64,000 nucleotides of DNA from an uncultured bacterium (GTDB taxonomy: Bacteria > Armatimonadota > Abditibacteriia > Abditibacteriales > Abditibacteriaceae). Positions 34,350 through 44,740 of the stretch are shown in pieces (the first letter of the stretch is position 1; each line of letters begins with the position of its first letter). The DNA is taken from NCBI GenBank assembly GCA_963843795.1, contig CAWJLW010000004.1, positions 1 through 64,000 on the forward strand. The letters are read 5' to 3'. The notes below the pieces were generated by a model, which was not told where the DNA came from, did no database searches, and saw nothing but the letters and a program-made list of their open reading frames with translations. The position numbers and the translations under genes were made by a program.

Positions 34350-35097
34350 TCACCTCCAAAACTTTGGCCACTACAGCGTCGCGGACGCGCTTGCCCAAGC
34401 GCACTTTGGTTTCGTCCGTGCAGTCACGCGCACTGGGTGAGGGATCTTCCCACTTGGCGATGCCCTGAATCAACATGCGGTCGCGCACTGCCACCGACAA
34501 TTCTTTGATGAGTCGGCTGTCGGCCATCGAAACCGCGTTGAACTGTGCGATCTGTTCGGAGGTGGCATTCGCGCGCGTTCGCGGATTGGCCATGATCATA
34601 AACAGTTCGGCAGTCACGCGCTTTTCGGTCGCTTCTTCCACGCGGTGCGGCAGCATCTGCACATAGAACACATCTTCTTCATCCAAATCGCGAATGAAAA
34701 GGGTTTTGTCGCCGACTTTGAGTGTCGCAACCCAATACTCATCATCGTCTTCGAACATCGAATGGCCGATATCCAGAACCGGCTCCGATTTCTCTGCGGC
34801 GGCGCGTGCCTGAGCGGCGCGTGCCTGGGCATCGTGCACCGCATCGAGGGCTTCGGCTTCTGCGGGCGTCACGCGACGACCATCTTCGAGAACCACATTG
34901 GTGATTTCGGGAATATCGAGACGTGGCGCTTCCACATTTGGGGCTTCCACACTTGGCGTTTCCACATTTGGCGTTTCCGGCGCGGGAATTTCATGAGACA
35001 GCGGCGGCACATGGATGGGAGCGGCTGGGACGGGAGCGGCTGGGAGGGAAGCAAGTGGGACGGGAGCGGCTGAAAGGGGAGAAATGGAGTCGTTCAT
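34264..35097 (-). CDS. Tail assembly chaperone
   Basis: Between tail tube and tape measure genes. Acidic, with IQGIAKW and a terminal EVEQSFF. Confidence 0.68.
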   Translation of the reverse strand: MNDSISPLSAAPVPLASLPAAPVPAAPIHVPPLSHEIPAPETPNVETPSVEAPNVEAPRLDIPEITNVVLEDGRRVTPAEAEALDAVHDAQARAAQARAAAEKSEPVLDIGHSMFEDDDEYWVATLKVGDKTLFIRDLDEEDVFYVQMLPHRVEEATEKRVTAELFMIMANPRTRANATSEQIAQFNAVSMADSRLIKELSVAVRDRMLIQGIAKWEDPSPSARDCTDETKVRLGKRVRDAVVAKVLEVSGFGEVEQSFFRPDDEGDSPGRINPIIR

Positions 35098-35151
35098 CGG
35101 TAAATTTGTCCTTTGGAAAAATGGTAATTTGAGTGGCTTTGCAGACAGCGT

Positions 35152-36138
35152 TTAGGCCAGGGTTTGGGCGATGTCGATCACGCGCGAGCTGGTGTTGGTC
35201 GAAAAGCCAAACGGGCGACCGCTTTGAATCGCGTCCAGATCGTGGCTGCTCAGTCGGTTGTTGGCGATAGTGGTTGTGACCGTGCGCACGTTGCCGACAC
35301 CCGCCGTGCGCGAATTCGAGGCGACCAGTTGAATGCTGCCCCAGTTGCCGCTGTCTTTGGCGGCCCGCCACAGGGCGTTGGGCAGCTTGTCTTTCAACTG
35401 ATAGGAGACTTGCAGCTTTTCTTGGCCTGGAATAATGGCGTAGTTGGTGCGCGACAGGGCGACATCGGCGCCGTAATCCAGACGCGCGCCATCGCGCTGC
35501 AAATTGTTCTGGACCGTCACGCGCGCGCTACGCAAAATCACGCGATGGCAGGTGCTGCCGATGAGCCAGTTGACGTGATGCCAGGTCAGAATTCTACCGC
35601 CAACAGCGGCCATCTGCGAGCGCGTCAGGGTTTGGGCCGCGACCGTTTCATCCATCGCGAGGCCCATCGCTTCGATATTGGCGGTGACCGGCGAAGCAGA
35701 GCCTTCTTGAAAGTTGAGCGTCAGCGAGTTGATGAGTGCATAGCGCATCGCCCACGAGAACGGGTCGATGCCGCAGGTGTCGAGGGCACCCGTGACCAGC
35801 GCCATCACCGGCAGGCACATATAGCCGCCCAGCGCGCTCGAACGCAGCGCCGAGCGTAAAATCGTCGCATCGCCCAGTTTGGCGGTGAAGCTCATCGATG
35901 GCTCGCGGTTGCCCTCGACGGTATCGATTTCGACGTAATCGCCAATTGCATCCACACCCTGGGTGCCCTCGGGATTGGAGACGCGCGGCTGGTCGATATA
36001 GCCCGCCACGTTGAGTGTGGGCAGCGCGCCCAACACACTGGCATCGGGCGCGAGCATGCCCGTTTCCATGCCATATTTGAGAAAAGCTTGTTGGCCCGAG
36101 CGATACTTCGACCCACTGTAAACCGGAAATTCTGCCAT
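35152..36138 (-). CDS. Major tail tube protein
   Basis: YGMETG, VEGNREPSMSF, INSLTLNFQEG..VTANIE and VTVQNNL patterns. Position. Confidence 0.78.
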   Translation of the reverse strand: MAEFPVYSGSKYRSGQQAFLKYGMETGMLAPDASVLGALPTLNVAGYIDQPRVSNPEGTQGVDAIGDYVEIDTVEGNREPSMSFTAKLGDATILRSALRSSALGGYMCLPVMALVTGALDTCGIDPFSWAMRYALINSLTLNFQEGSASPVTANIEAMGLAMDETVAAQTLTRSQMAAVGGRILTWHHVNWLIGSTCHRVILRSARVTVQNNLQRDGARLDYGADVALSRTNYAIIPGQEKLQVSYQLKDKLPNALWRAAKDSGNWGSIQLVASNSRTAGVGNVRTVTTTIANNRLSSHDLDAIQSGRPFGFSTNTSSRVIDIAQTLA

Positions 36139-36335
36139 GATTCATTGCCCCCGAAAACGACAAACGGCACTGCAAGTACGAAAGTCGTTTGACTTGCAGC
36201 GGCGTAATGCCAATCAAATTTAAATTTGCAAACAGTTGTTTTGGGGTAGTGGTGTGAGCGTGCGCGCGTGTGTAAGTGGACGTGAGCGCGTGGGTGCGTG
36301 GGCGTGTGCGGAACTCGTTCCACGCGAAGAATATT

Positions 36336-37568
36336 TTACTTGGTTGTGGCACGTTCGGGCACGCTTTCGATGACGAAGGCACCGCGTGTGGCCGTCGTTT
36401 CAATTGTGACGCCTGTCACGAGTTGCACGTTGGTATCGTTGTCTTGTAACGCGAGGAAAGAGTTTGCACCCGCCGGAAACAACTTGCCAGCGCTGGTGTT
36501 CGTCCACGTCGCTTGAGTTTTCTCTCCCGTGGCAAGATGCCCCGACAGATATTGAACCGTGGGTGTCACATGATGGCTGATGGAATAGAGCGCGCGCAAT
36601 TTCAACTGGCGGGGCGCATCATACGGTTTACCGATGAGTGGGTGACTTTGGACAAGATACGCTGTCGAATCGCTGCCGATGAGCACTAGTCCCAGGCCGC
36701 GCCCGCGCTCGATGCCAGCAATGACCGGAGGCGTTTTGACCGTTTTGGCCGCGTTGACCGTTTTGGCCGCGCGCGAAAAGCGCAGATAATAACGTGGTGT
36801 CTGGTCGCCGACCGTGTGCGCGCACCAGCCGAACGGGTGATTAAATGCAATTATGCCGCTCTGAGTCAGGCCAGATGTGTCCTGATTGTCGAAAGGGGTT
36901 GCTAGAGGTGCTGTTTCGACCGGTACCCATGCGGAGCCGTTCCAATATTCGACACTTAAGCCCACATTCTCACTCGCCACTGTCGAAAGGTTGAGACTCA
37001 AATGTTCGACCGGCACGGTTTCGTCGCGCTGATTAAAGCCCACATAAAAGACATCTTCAGGCTTGGAGAGCGCAGTAAAGGTGGCTTGATCGGTCACATC
37101 CTTCAATTCCCCTTCGGCCCCATCAAAAATCACATCAGGCGTCTGGGTCGTAAGGCTAGGCGCGAACACGTTGTGGGGTGAGAATTCGTAGCCCAGTGCC
37201 ATCGCAGCGGGCGCGACAGTTTGCAATATCGGCGGCACGCGCACGCCCAGCGCCGTAAAGGCCGCATCGAGAGATGGATAACGCCCATCGGCTCGCACTT
37301 GCGCTTGCAACGCGGCCAGCGGTGGCCCGAACAGTTGCGCCAAGCGATTGGCCAGCGTGCTTTGGTCACGCAACGACAGATCGAAGTCGCGAAATGGTTT
37401 GATTAGCGCCATTTTGAGGTCGGGATCACTGATGCCGTCGATCTGCGAAAACAGCGTGCCGTTTTGAGGCGTGTGAGCCGCATCGGCAAAGCCTGCGCGC
37501 ACGGACAGCAATTGCGCGGCGAGCGTGTCCAAATTCTTTTCGTACTGAGCTTTTGTGGGTAAGGCCAT
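36336..37568 (-). CDS. Hypothetical virion protein between tail terminator and tube
   Basis: ATG at 37568 after AGGAG. Contains LSVEYWNGSAW and RYYLRF beta motifs. Confidence 0.7.
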   Translation of the reverse strand: MALPTKAQYEKNLDTLAAQLLSVRAGFADAAHTPQNGTLFSQIDGISDPDLKMALIKPFRDFDLSLRDQSTLANRLAQLFGPPLAALQAQVRADGRYPSLDAAFTALGVRVPPILQTVAPAAMALGYEFSPHNVFAPSLTTQTPDVIFDGAEGELKDVTDQATFTALSKPEDVFYVGFNQRDETVPVEHLSLNLSTVASENVGLSVEYWNGSAWVPVETAPLATPFDNQDTSGLTQSGIIAFNHPFGWCAHTVGDQTPRYYLRFSRAAKTVNAAKTVKTPPVIAGIERGRGLGLVLIGSDSTAYLVQSHPLIGKPYDAPRQLKLRALYSISHHVTPTVQYLSGHLATGEKTQATWTNTSAGKLFPAGANSFLALQDNDTNVQLVTGVTIETTATRGAFVIESVPERATTK

Positions 37569-37799
37569 AATTCTCCTGCAAGTACTGGGGCATGTTCTAC
37601 AACAGTTCAAAACAAAAATCTAAAGCAAAAATTCAAAACAACAGTTCAAAACAATAGTTCACAGGCGTGCCAGACGCGACCATCGCGTGCATCAGCGCGT
37701 ATTATTCCAGTGTCATCGCGACCTCGAACCAACCGTCAAAACTCCATTTAGCCATCAATCAGCATTTAGCCATTAATCAGCATTAGCCATCAATCAGCA

Positions 37800-38399
37800 T
37801 TAGCCATCAATCAGCGGCGCCCAGCGTTCTTCGCCAGGGAATTGCACGATATTGTAATGCTGCGCGAAGCCGCGCGCGTTCTCCCAACCGGGCAGACCAC
37901 GCAAAAACACGCGCTGACCGGGCACCAGTTCGTCCCACACACGCAAACCGCCCGCATCAGTGTGTCCGGCGCGAAACGGGTAGAGCAGCATATTGATAAT
38001 GTCGAGCGTGTCGTGGCTGTTTTTGATGTCACCGGCAGACAGCAGAGAATTATACGCCAAATAAATGATGGTGTCGCCGGTCATCTCGCTTTGCATCGGC
38101 GTGAAATCATTCATCCCAATCGAGCTGCTAATCACCAGCATCGGAAAGTCACCCGCGAGCTTTTCGGGCGCGACCTGGCACTCTTTGGGAATCGGCAAAC
38201 GCAACAGTTCGCGACTGCCATTTTTGCGGCGCACGCCCAGCGGGCTGGCGTTGCTATTGGCCAAATTCAGTGCACCCGGCAGCACATCCAGCATCAAGCG
38301 GCGCAGCGCGTCCCACGCGACCGAAATGCGACCGCCCGCAAACGGCGCGTAACTCAGCACTTCTTCGGGTGTGGGGTCAGGAGGCATCGACACAGTCAT
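37800..38399 (-). CDS. Tail completion/terminator-like protein
   Basis: Size, position and DFPMLVI motif. Confidence 0.55.
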   Translation of the reverse strand: MTVSMPPDPTPEEVLSYAPFAGGRISVAWDALRRLMLDVLPGALNLANSNASPLGVRRKNGSRELLRLPIPKECQVAPEKLAGDFPMLVISSSIGMNDFTPMQSEMTGDTIIYLAYNSLLSAGDIKNSHDTLDIINMLLYPFRAGHTDAGGLRVWDELVPGQRVFLRGLPGWENARGFAQHYNIVQFPGEERWAPLIDG

Positions 38400-39436
38400 C
38401 AGGCATCACCTCGCATATTCCACAGCGACACGTCCCACGCGCCCATCAGCGGTGTGCCCGCCAGCGGCACAGGAGGAACGTTACCCGTGACCTGGGCTTC
38501 GCTGAGCGCGCTTTGTTGCGCGCGCGTGCGGGCGCGGCGCACCGCCTGTGCCCAGGCCGCGTTGAGTTGGCTAGCGAACATCAGGGGCGCGGTCGCGAAC
38601 GGTCCGTGCGCCTGCATTTTGCGCGTGCCGCTGGCCAGAGCAAAGGGATACGAAAAACCGCTGCGCGACTTGGCCGTGTTGCGCAGTTGCAGCACCAGCT
38701 TATCGCCGCGCGTCACGAATTCCATCTGCCACGAATCATTCATCGTGCCCGACTGTCGGTTCACGACCGCCATTGTCGGCACGCTCCCGCGCACACCTTT
38801 CACTGAACCGATGCTTTTGCCTTCGAAGAAACGTGGCACGGCGCGCTTGACGGGCTGGCCACCCTTTCCACCCACCGCGGGCAGAGCGTCGAAGCCATAG
38901 GGATGGTTCATCTGGCGCAGATCGCGCGTTTGATACGGCCCGTTCGACATATCGAGAATGCGATTTAAAATCCTCTGTCCGACCAGGCGCATGCCGTCCC
39001 AATCCTCGGCGTGCATCGAAGCCATGTACTGGGTTTGGCGCTCCCACTCGATCAGCAAGTCACCCGTGCGCGCGTCCTGGATGATGTTCAATGACGGCGC
39101 ACCGATGACATCGAGGCGCAAATCGGAACTGAGGTCGGAACGAGTCGGCGAAGGCAATTGCGAAGGCAGTTGCAGCTCGGGCGTGCGGCGGGGTGTGGCG
39201 AAGGGTTGGGCGAGTGTGGTTTCGCCCAGACGCGGGTTGCGCGCCGACTGCGGCGTGTTTTTTACCGCGGGCAAATGCGACAGCAGAGCAAGGACCGGCT
39301 GCACGCGTGCCCGCGCCAAGCGCTCACTCGCAACCGTCGCGACCGCCTGATCCGCGTAGCCCCACAAGCTGGGCGCGCCCTCAGCGCTATTGTCAAACAT
39401 ATTCGCTCCCCTCAATTCCCACGTCATCACCGGCAA
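38399..39436 (-). CDS. Neck protein (HK97 gp10-like C-terminus)
   Basis: QSGTMNDSW..NTA..Y..ALASGTRKMQAHGPF resembles the gp10 GTxKMxxxPF motif. Confidence 0.65.
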   Translation of the reverse strand: MPVMTWELRGANMFDNSAEGAPSLWGYADQAVATVASERLARARVQPVLALLSHLPAVKNTPQSARNPRLGETTLAQPFATPRRTPELQLPSQLPSPTRSDLSSDLRLDVIGAPSLNIIQDARTGDLLIEWERQTQYMASMHAEDWDGMRLVGQRILNRILDMSNGPYQTRDLRQMNHPYGFDALPAVGGKGGQPVKRAVPRFFEGKSIGSVKGVRGSVPTMAVVNRQSGTMNDSWQMEFVTRGDKLVLQLRNTAKSRSGFSYPFALASGTRKMQAHGPFATAPLMFASQLNAAWAQAVRRARTRAQQSALSEAQVTGNVPPVPLAGTPLMGAWDVSLWNMRGDA

Positions 39437-40094
39437 AGGGTTGTTTCACGGCGAGCGCGCCCAGAAACGGTAAAAAACCGCCCGGTTGCGCGGGCATCGC
39501 TTCCTGTTGCAGTTCGCCCAGATACCAGTACGTCGGGTGATACATGTGCACCACGCTGTAGAATTCGCCTTCTGCGGGCGCATCACCTGCGGGCGCATCA
39601 CCACCGGGCGTCCAAATCAATTCATCACCCGAAAGCGTGCAGTCGGTACCAAGGGCAAAGGGCCGGTTGCCCTGCATCACGCTCAGGAGCGAAAAGGCAC
39701 CGCCGCGTTTCAAACTATCGCTTGCGCCCTCGCCACGCCGATAGGTGTCGGCATGGCGCGCGGCCATGAGTGGAAAATAAAATTTGTCGGCAAAACCCGG
39801 TAGGATCTCATCGGGCATGCCCGCCAGCGTCGCCGTGCCCGAAGGAATCAGGCCCAGTTCGGCATCGTTGATGCGCCGCGTGGTTTTGTCCAGATACACG
39901 CGCACTTCGGGCGCGAGCGCGCGATGGGTGTAAATCTGCCCCTGCGAACAGTTGCCACAGCCACGGCTGTTATCGCTATCGCCGCTCGCCTGACACGAAC
40001 ACGGCAACGCGGACCACCATTCAACCGGCTGACCATGACGGCGGATCAGCGCGCGAAAATGCTCGGGATGGAGGGAGGCGATAGCGCTTAACAT
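39393..40094 (-). CDS. Head closure/neck protein, Herelleviridae-like, with CxC..CxxC
   Basis: LIRRHGQPVEWWSALPCSC..GCGNCSQGQIY. Likely ATG at 40094. Confidence 0.72.
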   Translation of the reverse strand: MLSAIASLHPEHFRALIRRHGQPVEWWSALPCSCQASGDSDNSRGCGNCSQGQIYTHRALAPEVRVYLDKTTRRINDAELGLIPSGTATLAGMPDEILPGFADKFYFPLMAARHADTYRRGEGASDSLKRGGAFSLLSVMQGNRPFALGTDCTLSGDELIWTPGGDAPAGDAPAEGEFYSVVHMYHPTYWYLGELQQEAMPAQPGGFLPFLGALAVKQPFAGDDVGIEGSEYV

Positions 40095-40191
40095 AAGAAG
40101 AAACCCATTTGAGAAAAGGAAGGCAGAAAAGTGAACCGTGGTGCACTGCAAGTACTTTCCACTGCAAGTACTTGCAGCAGCGGTACGGTAT

Positions 40192-41028
40192 TTAGCTGGA
40201 GCAGATGAGCGGGCCGGAAAAGCCCGCCAGGTATTGGGTTTTGATGTCGGCGATGTCGTCGCTATAGCTCTTGGTTTCGGTCGCGAAGCGTCCCGCAACG
40301 AACGACTCGCTCAAGCCGAACATGCCGATCGAACCACCACCGGCACCGATGGCGCGCTCGCAGGCTTTGAGTACGGCGATACAAGCGCCCAGGCGCACGG
40401 CTTTGAGCAGTTGCGTCACGTCGTAATCGGGCGAGGCGTCGTAGGGATCTTCGGTTTCGGGATGGAAGTCATCAGGCAAAAAGCCCGCGGTGTAATCGAC
40501 GGTGACCAGAGAAGGGAGTGAGGCGCGATGGATCGGGCCGCCGGTCATCGGCAAGAGGATCATCGCGCCCGCGCCATAGGTCGCGCTGCCCACAATCGGA
40601 ATTACGTTCACGACACCCAGGCGCCCTTCAAAGCTGATCCAGTTGCGCGGATATTCGACGGCTTCGAACACATCCGGGCCTTGGCCGTAGCGAATCGCCA
40701 CGCGCTGCACCGACTGGATCGGGCGCCGATAGGTTTTGATGCGTCCCTGGCGCATCCAGTCATCGCGCACGAATGGATACGCGTCATCGAGGCGCGTGTA
40801 ATCGGTGCCGCGCACCAGACCCTCATCGAGCGGGCGCGATTTGATGACCTGCTGAAAGAGGTAGGTGTGGAGCGAATTTTCGATCTCTGATTGCGCTTCA
40901 CCGATGCGCTGCTCAATGATGCGCGTTTGCTGGTCGGGAGTGCCCAGAGCGGTGAGAAACATTTCCATGCCCTGACCGGACAGTTCATCGCGCACGGAAT
41001 CCACCGTGATGGCTAAAGAGCGGGGCAT
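40192..41028 (-). CDS. Head-tail adaptor, Herelleviridae-like
   Basis: IGEAQSEIE..YPF...DW..IKTYRRPIQSV..YPRNWI..VTVDYTAGF. Confidence 0.75.
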   Translation of the reverse strand: MPRSLAITVDSVRDELSGQGMEMFLTALGTPDQQTRIIEQRIGEAQSEIENSLHTYLFQQVIKSRPLDEGLVRGTDYTRLDDAYPFVRDDWMRQGRIKTYRRPIQSVQRVAIRYGQGPDVFEAVEYPRNWISFEGRLGVVNVIPIVGSATYGAGAMILLPMTGGPIHRASLPSLVTVDYTAGFLPDDFHPETEDPYDASPDYDVTQLLKAVRLGACIAVLKACERAIGAGGGSIGMFGLSESFVAGRFATETKSYSDDIADIKTQYLAGFSGPLICSS

Positions 41029-41121
41029 GATGCAAAAAACCTTTCAAACGGTCAAACGGTCAAACGGTCAAACGAAAAATCAAATGGAGAAAAGTAAAAA
41101 ATTGCGGGCAAAAGTGCACGA

Positions 41122-41454
41122 CTAGCCGCCCTGTTCGCGAATCTGGTCGCGGAGGTTACGCACCATGGCGTGAAATGCGAAGGGGCCAACGGTGACCACA
41201 TCGTTGCGAATATCGTTGAGCAGTTGGCCCAGCGAACTCGCCAGGAGACCCTCGGGAGTTTTCAGAACGAAAAACTTCTCGTTGCGGCGCGGGTCGCTTT
41301 GCTCGGCGTTGCGGCGGATCGCAATCAGCGGCCAGCCCAGCAAACGCAGCGTGGCTGCCATGGCAATCGCCGGTGTCGCATATTCGCGCGGCGCGAGCTC
41401 TTTTTCGTGCTCTTGGCTGGTTGGGGCAGAAGGGGAGAGTTGGATGTTGTCCAC
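41122..41454 (-). CDS. DUF5659-like small protein
   Basis: YATPAIAMAATLRLLGWPLIAIRR..DPRR..FFV. GTG at 41454 after AAGGA. Confidence 0.55.
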   Translation of the reverse strand: MDNIQLSPSAPTSQEHEKELAPREYATPAIAMAATLRLLGWPLIAIRRNAEQSDPRRNEKFFVLKTPEGLLASSLGQLLNDIRNDVVTVGPFAFHAMVRNLRDQIREQGG

Positions 41455-41589
41455 GAAAATAATTCCTTGCGGTGTAAATACAATTGAAAAATGCCACCCG
41501 AAAAGACAAAACGCCGCTGCAAGTACGAGAAGTCGTTTGACTTGCAGCGGCGTAATGCCCAACGGATTGTAAAGTGAAAAAACTAATGC

Positions 41590-42324
41590 CTATGCAGCCG
41601 CGTTGGCTTTGGCGGCGTTGGCTTTGGCCGCATTAGCGGCGCGCGTGCGAGCCGCCTTCTGGGCCGGTGTTAAAACATCGGTTTCGGTTTCTTCGATTTC
41701 ACCGGTTTCTTCGCTGTCGTCCGATGCATCATCGTCGGAGGTTTCATCATCGGTCACAGGGTTGTTGTCGCCAGAACCAGCACCAGAATCAGTTCCTGTA
41801 TCATCGACTTTCGGCGGTTCGACTTTCAGCGTTTCGACTTTCGGCGGTTCGAGCAGCTCGATTTCGATGTGCATCGGGACCTCAATGCCGGTTTTGGTAC
41901 CGAGCGAGCCTTGAAGCGCTTCACGCACGGCGTGGGCATTTTCCAGACTGACAACAGCCACGCCGTTTTCGTCGAAGCTGATCGGTGAGTTGTCGGGAGC
42001 CATCAGACGGTCATTGGCCAGAGTGGGAATGGTGAGGCGCGCCAGTTCACCGACCGCGCGCAGTTCGCCATCGACTTCAATCGCGCGGTTTTTCCAGGCT
42101 TCAATTTCTGCGCGCGCCTGATCACTGGCAGGAACAAAGATCGCTTCGTTGCGTTCGGTTTGGGCATTGTGCACGGAGATGGCGCACAGGGAAGCAGCGG
42201 TCGCGACATCGACTTGGGCACGTCCCTCATGGTCGAAGTGGATGCTAGTTTCGTTGACGGTGGTCGATTGACCAAAAAGTTCGGGGATCAGGGTGAAGAT
42301 AGCAAGTGTGGAGGAGTTCATCAC
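41590..42324 (-). CDS. Hypothetical head-associated protein with an acidic tail
   Basis: Internal duplication (IHFDHEGRAQV / ISFDENGVAVV). Follows the capsid genes. Confidence 0.65.
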   Translation of the reverse strand: MMNSSTLAIFTLIPELFGQSTTVNETSIHFDHEGRAQVDVATAASLCAISVHNAQTERNEAIFVPASDQARAEIEAWKNRAIEVDGELRAVGELARLTIPTLANDRLMAPDNSPISFDENGVAVVSLENAHAVREALQGSLGTKTGIEVPMHIEIELLEPPKVETLKVEPPKVDDTGTDSGAGSGDNNPVTDDETSDDDASDDSEETGEIEETETDVLTPAQKAARTRAANAAKANAAKANAAA

Positions 42325-42433
42325 GGATGTTCGGAGATAAGTTCGAAGAAATGTTCGGAGTTGTGAGAGATGTTCGGAGTTCAATTGAAGCCTGCAAGTA
42401 CTTACTTCAATATTTGCGGACTCCAAACGCTTC

Positions 42434-42763
42434 TCAGGTCAAATCGCGGTACTGGATCACGAGCGTGCCAGCGGTCGCGGTGCCGCCGGTGTTGTTGATG
42501 GTGTCGGCTGCCGACACACTAAATTCGCCCGTCAGATTCTGGACGGTTGTGCCATTGTGATGGATGACCGAAACGATCTCATCACCGACCGAGATACCGG
42601 TCACCGTGAAATTGCCCGCCGCTCCCCCGGCCACGACAGCCGGAACCACATTGGTGCGCTTGCCAAGGGCATTGAGCAAAAGGCCCAGACGATTGTCCTT
42701 GTAGAGGCCAGGAGCCGCGTGATTGAGTGCATTAAGCACTGGGTTTACAAACGTTTTGAACAT
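42434..42763 (-). CDS. Small capsid decoration-like protein
   Basis: Directly after the MCP. TVTGISVGDEIVSV..VSAADTINNTGGTATAGTLVIQY. Confidence 0.65.
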   Translation of the reverse strand: MFKTFVNPVLNALNHAAPGLYKDNRLGLLLNALGKRTNVVPAVVAGGAAGNFTVTGISVGDEIVSVIHHNGTTVQNLTGEFSVSAADTINNTGGTATAGTLVIQYRDLT

Positions 42764-42959
42764 ATCAATCCTTCTTTGATTTTTAATCCAATCAGCAACA
42801 AAAAACACCACTGCCCACGGTCTAAAACCATGAGACAGTGGTGTTTTCGATGGATTGTCGGTCGCTACTACTGGCCGCCTAATTTATCGCTTCCGCTTTG
42901 GCTAACAAGCCAATGGCTAAAAGCCGATGACTAAAAGCCGATGACTAAAAGCCGATGGC

Positions 42960-44516
42960 TTACGCACCGAAGCCGTTGAGCGGTCCGATGTTGCGAATGA
43001 CCACGTTGTGCGTGCGGGTCAAGCCTTGAGGGGTCCAGCCGCAGATGTAGGCCGCTTCGTTGGCCAGCACGTCTTGGGGCAGAATGACTTTAGCGATCGG
43101 ATGCAACATACGGATCATCCAGCTCGCGCCACCGACACCGTTTGGACGGTTGCTCATCGCAAACGCGGACGAACAACCGGGCACGAATTCGCCCTTGTCC
43201 TCAAAGGTAACCGTCGCGCCATTGGCCACGCCGTTGGCCGGAATGCGCGTCAGGTAACGACGCGTACCACCGACCGCCGCGCGCCAGATTTCAAAGTAAT
43301 CGACCGAGTAATCACCGGCAGTGTCCGCGCCATTGGTGATCGTCAAAACTGCTTTCTGGCTGCCGTTGACCGTGACCGAAGCCGCAATCGGGCGCACATC
43401 CGAACGACCGTTGGTGCCGACCGCACTCACGGAGTAGGTGTAGACACCAGCGGGCAGTTTGCCGCCCAGCGGGTTGGTCACACTGCCCGCAGAACTGTTG
43501 GCACCCGTGACGCTGGTCGGTTTGACCGGCGCTTCGGGATCGGCTCCAAAGGTGTCATCGGGGAAGATCGGGTCGAGCATCAAGTCCATGTGGAACTTGC
43601 TTTCGCCGACTTTGCCGCCCATCGCCTTGACCATCTGGCCCTCGGGAATCAGTCCCAGGGTCAAACGCTGACCGGTTTCGGAACGCACGATGGATTCCAT
43701 CATGATTTCCAAGTCGGCCTCGGTCTGGTTGCCATGCCAGAAGTCCGTCCACACCGCACCCTTGGCGCGCAAGGTTTTCGTGATGATCGGCAAGGTTTCG
43801 GGCGTGATCGGCTCGCCCTTCAAGTCGATGATCGTCACGGTGCGATAATCGCTGCCATCATGGGCCAGAACGGTTTGCTGAATCAAACCATTCGGCTCGT
43901 AATGGTTCACGGAAAAGTTTCCGTGCCAACCGAGATAATTATTGTCTAAAATCAGCGATTCCATCGCTGCCATCGAGTTGACCTGATCTGCGCCGCCGAC
44001 CACGGGATCGTTGTTGAACGACAGCGTGCGCTGCGAGTTCAGGGTGGTGAAGGTCTGCCAGCGCTGACCCGTCCAGCGCACCGGCGTGACTTCACGCTCC
44101 ATTTTCGGGTCGCGCGAACGCAGACCGCCGCTTTTGATGTTGGTGCGCAGATAACCGCCGCCACGGTGACGACCGTAGGATTGCATCTGCGTCATTTCGA
44201 CCACGTCGCTGTCGCAGGGAACCTGCTTCAAGAAGTTCCATAGTGGAGCGTGATCTTTGCTGTTGAGTTCGGCGTTGGCCAGGGTCTGGGTCAAATCCTG
44301 AATTTTGAGCGACTCGCCGCCGACTGTGCCCGCAATCGCGATGTTGCTGTCGCTGGTCAAGGCTTTGCTCAAACCGCTGCCGTTGCTGGCCGCTGTGCCC
44401 ATCGCATTGACCACATCAGTGTTGACCATGGCGTCGGTTACTTGTTCGGCGCCGTAACGCACCGCGAGCTGATCGCGATGGTAGTTCTGAAAATCTTCTA
44501 CGCTTAAAATACTCAC
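42960..44516 (-). CDS. Major capsid protein, SPO1/Herelleviridae-like with an FN3/Ig insertion
   Basis: LSKALTS..GGESLKIQDL..LWNFLKQ..SDVVEM..SYG, EPNGLI, IIDLKG, YTYSVSAV..GRS, YFEIWR and VTFEDKGEFVPG. GTG at 44516 after GGAG. Confidence 0.9.
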   Translation of the reverse strand: MSILSVEDFQNYHRDQLAVRYGAEQVTDAMVNTDVVNAMGTAASNGSGLSKALTSDSNIAIAGTVGGESLKIQDLTQTLANAELNSKDHAPLWNFLKQVPCDSDVVEMTQMQSYGRHRGGGYLRTNIKSGGLRSRDPKMEREVTPVRWTGQRWQTFTTLNSQRTLSFNNDPVVGGADQVNSMAAMESLILDNNYLGWHGNFSVNHYEPNGLIQQTVLAHDGSDYRTVTIIDLKGEPITPETLPIITKTLRAKGAVWTDFWHGNQTEADLEIMMESIVRSETGQRLTLGLIPEGQMVKAMGGKVGESKFHMDLMLDPIFPDDTFGADPEAPVKPTSVTGANSSAGSVTNPLGGKLPAGVYTYSVSAVGTNGRSDVRPIAASVTVNGSQKAVLTITNGADTAGDYSVDYFEIWRAAVGGTRRYLTRIPANGVANGATVTFEDKGEFVPGCSSAFAMSNRPNGVGGASWMIRMLHPIAKVILPQDVLANEAAYICGWTPQGLTRTHNVVIRNIGPLNGFGA

Positions 44517-44740
44517 TGCATTCTCCACAAACCGGAATTGAGGAGTCGGGTTAATTTGGAGTAGGGTGAGCAAACACGGTACAAACGACTGGTTACAACC
44601 AATGACGAACAACCAATGACGATTAAACGGTGCGACCAGGGCCATCTGTGGCCTCGTTCAAACCGACCGAAGCGGATTTGAAACGCAATTTTCGAAAGCA
44701 GCTAAGCTGAAGCAGCTAAGCTGAAACCGCTAAGCCGTAG

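Noticed and set aside
36336..37568. Tail sheath protein
   Set aside because: The position fits, but I see no sheath signature and no baseplate J/wedge genes.
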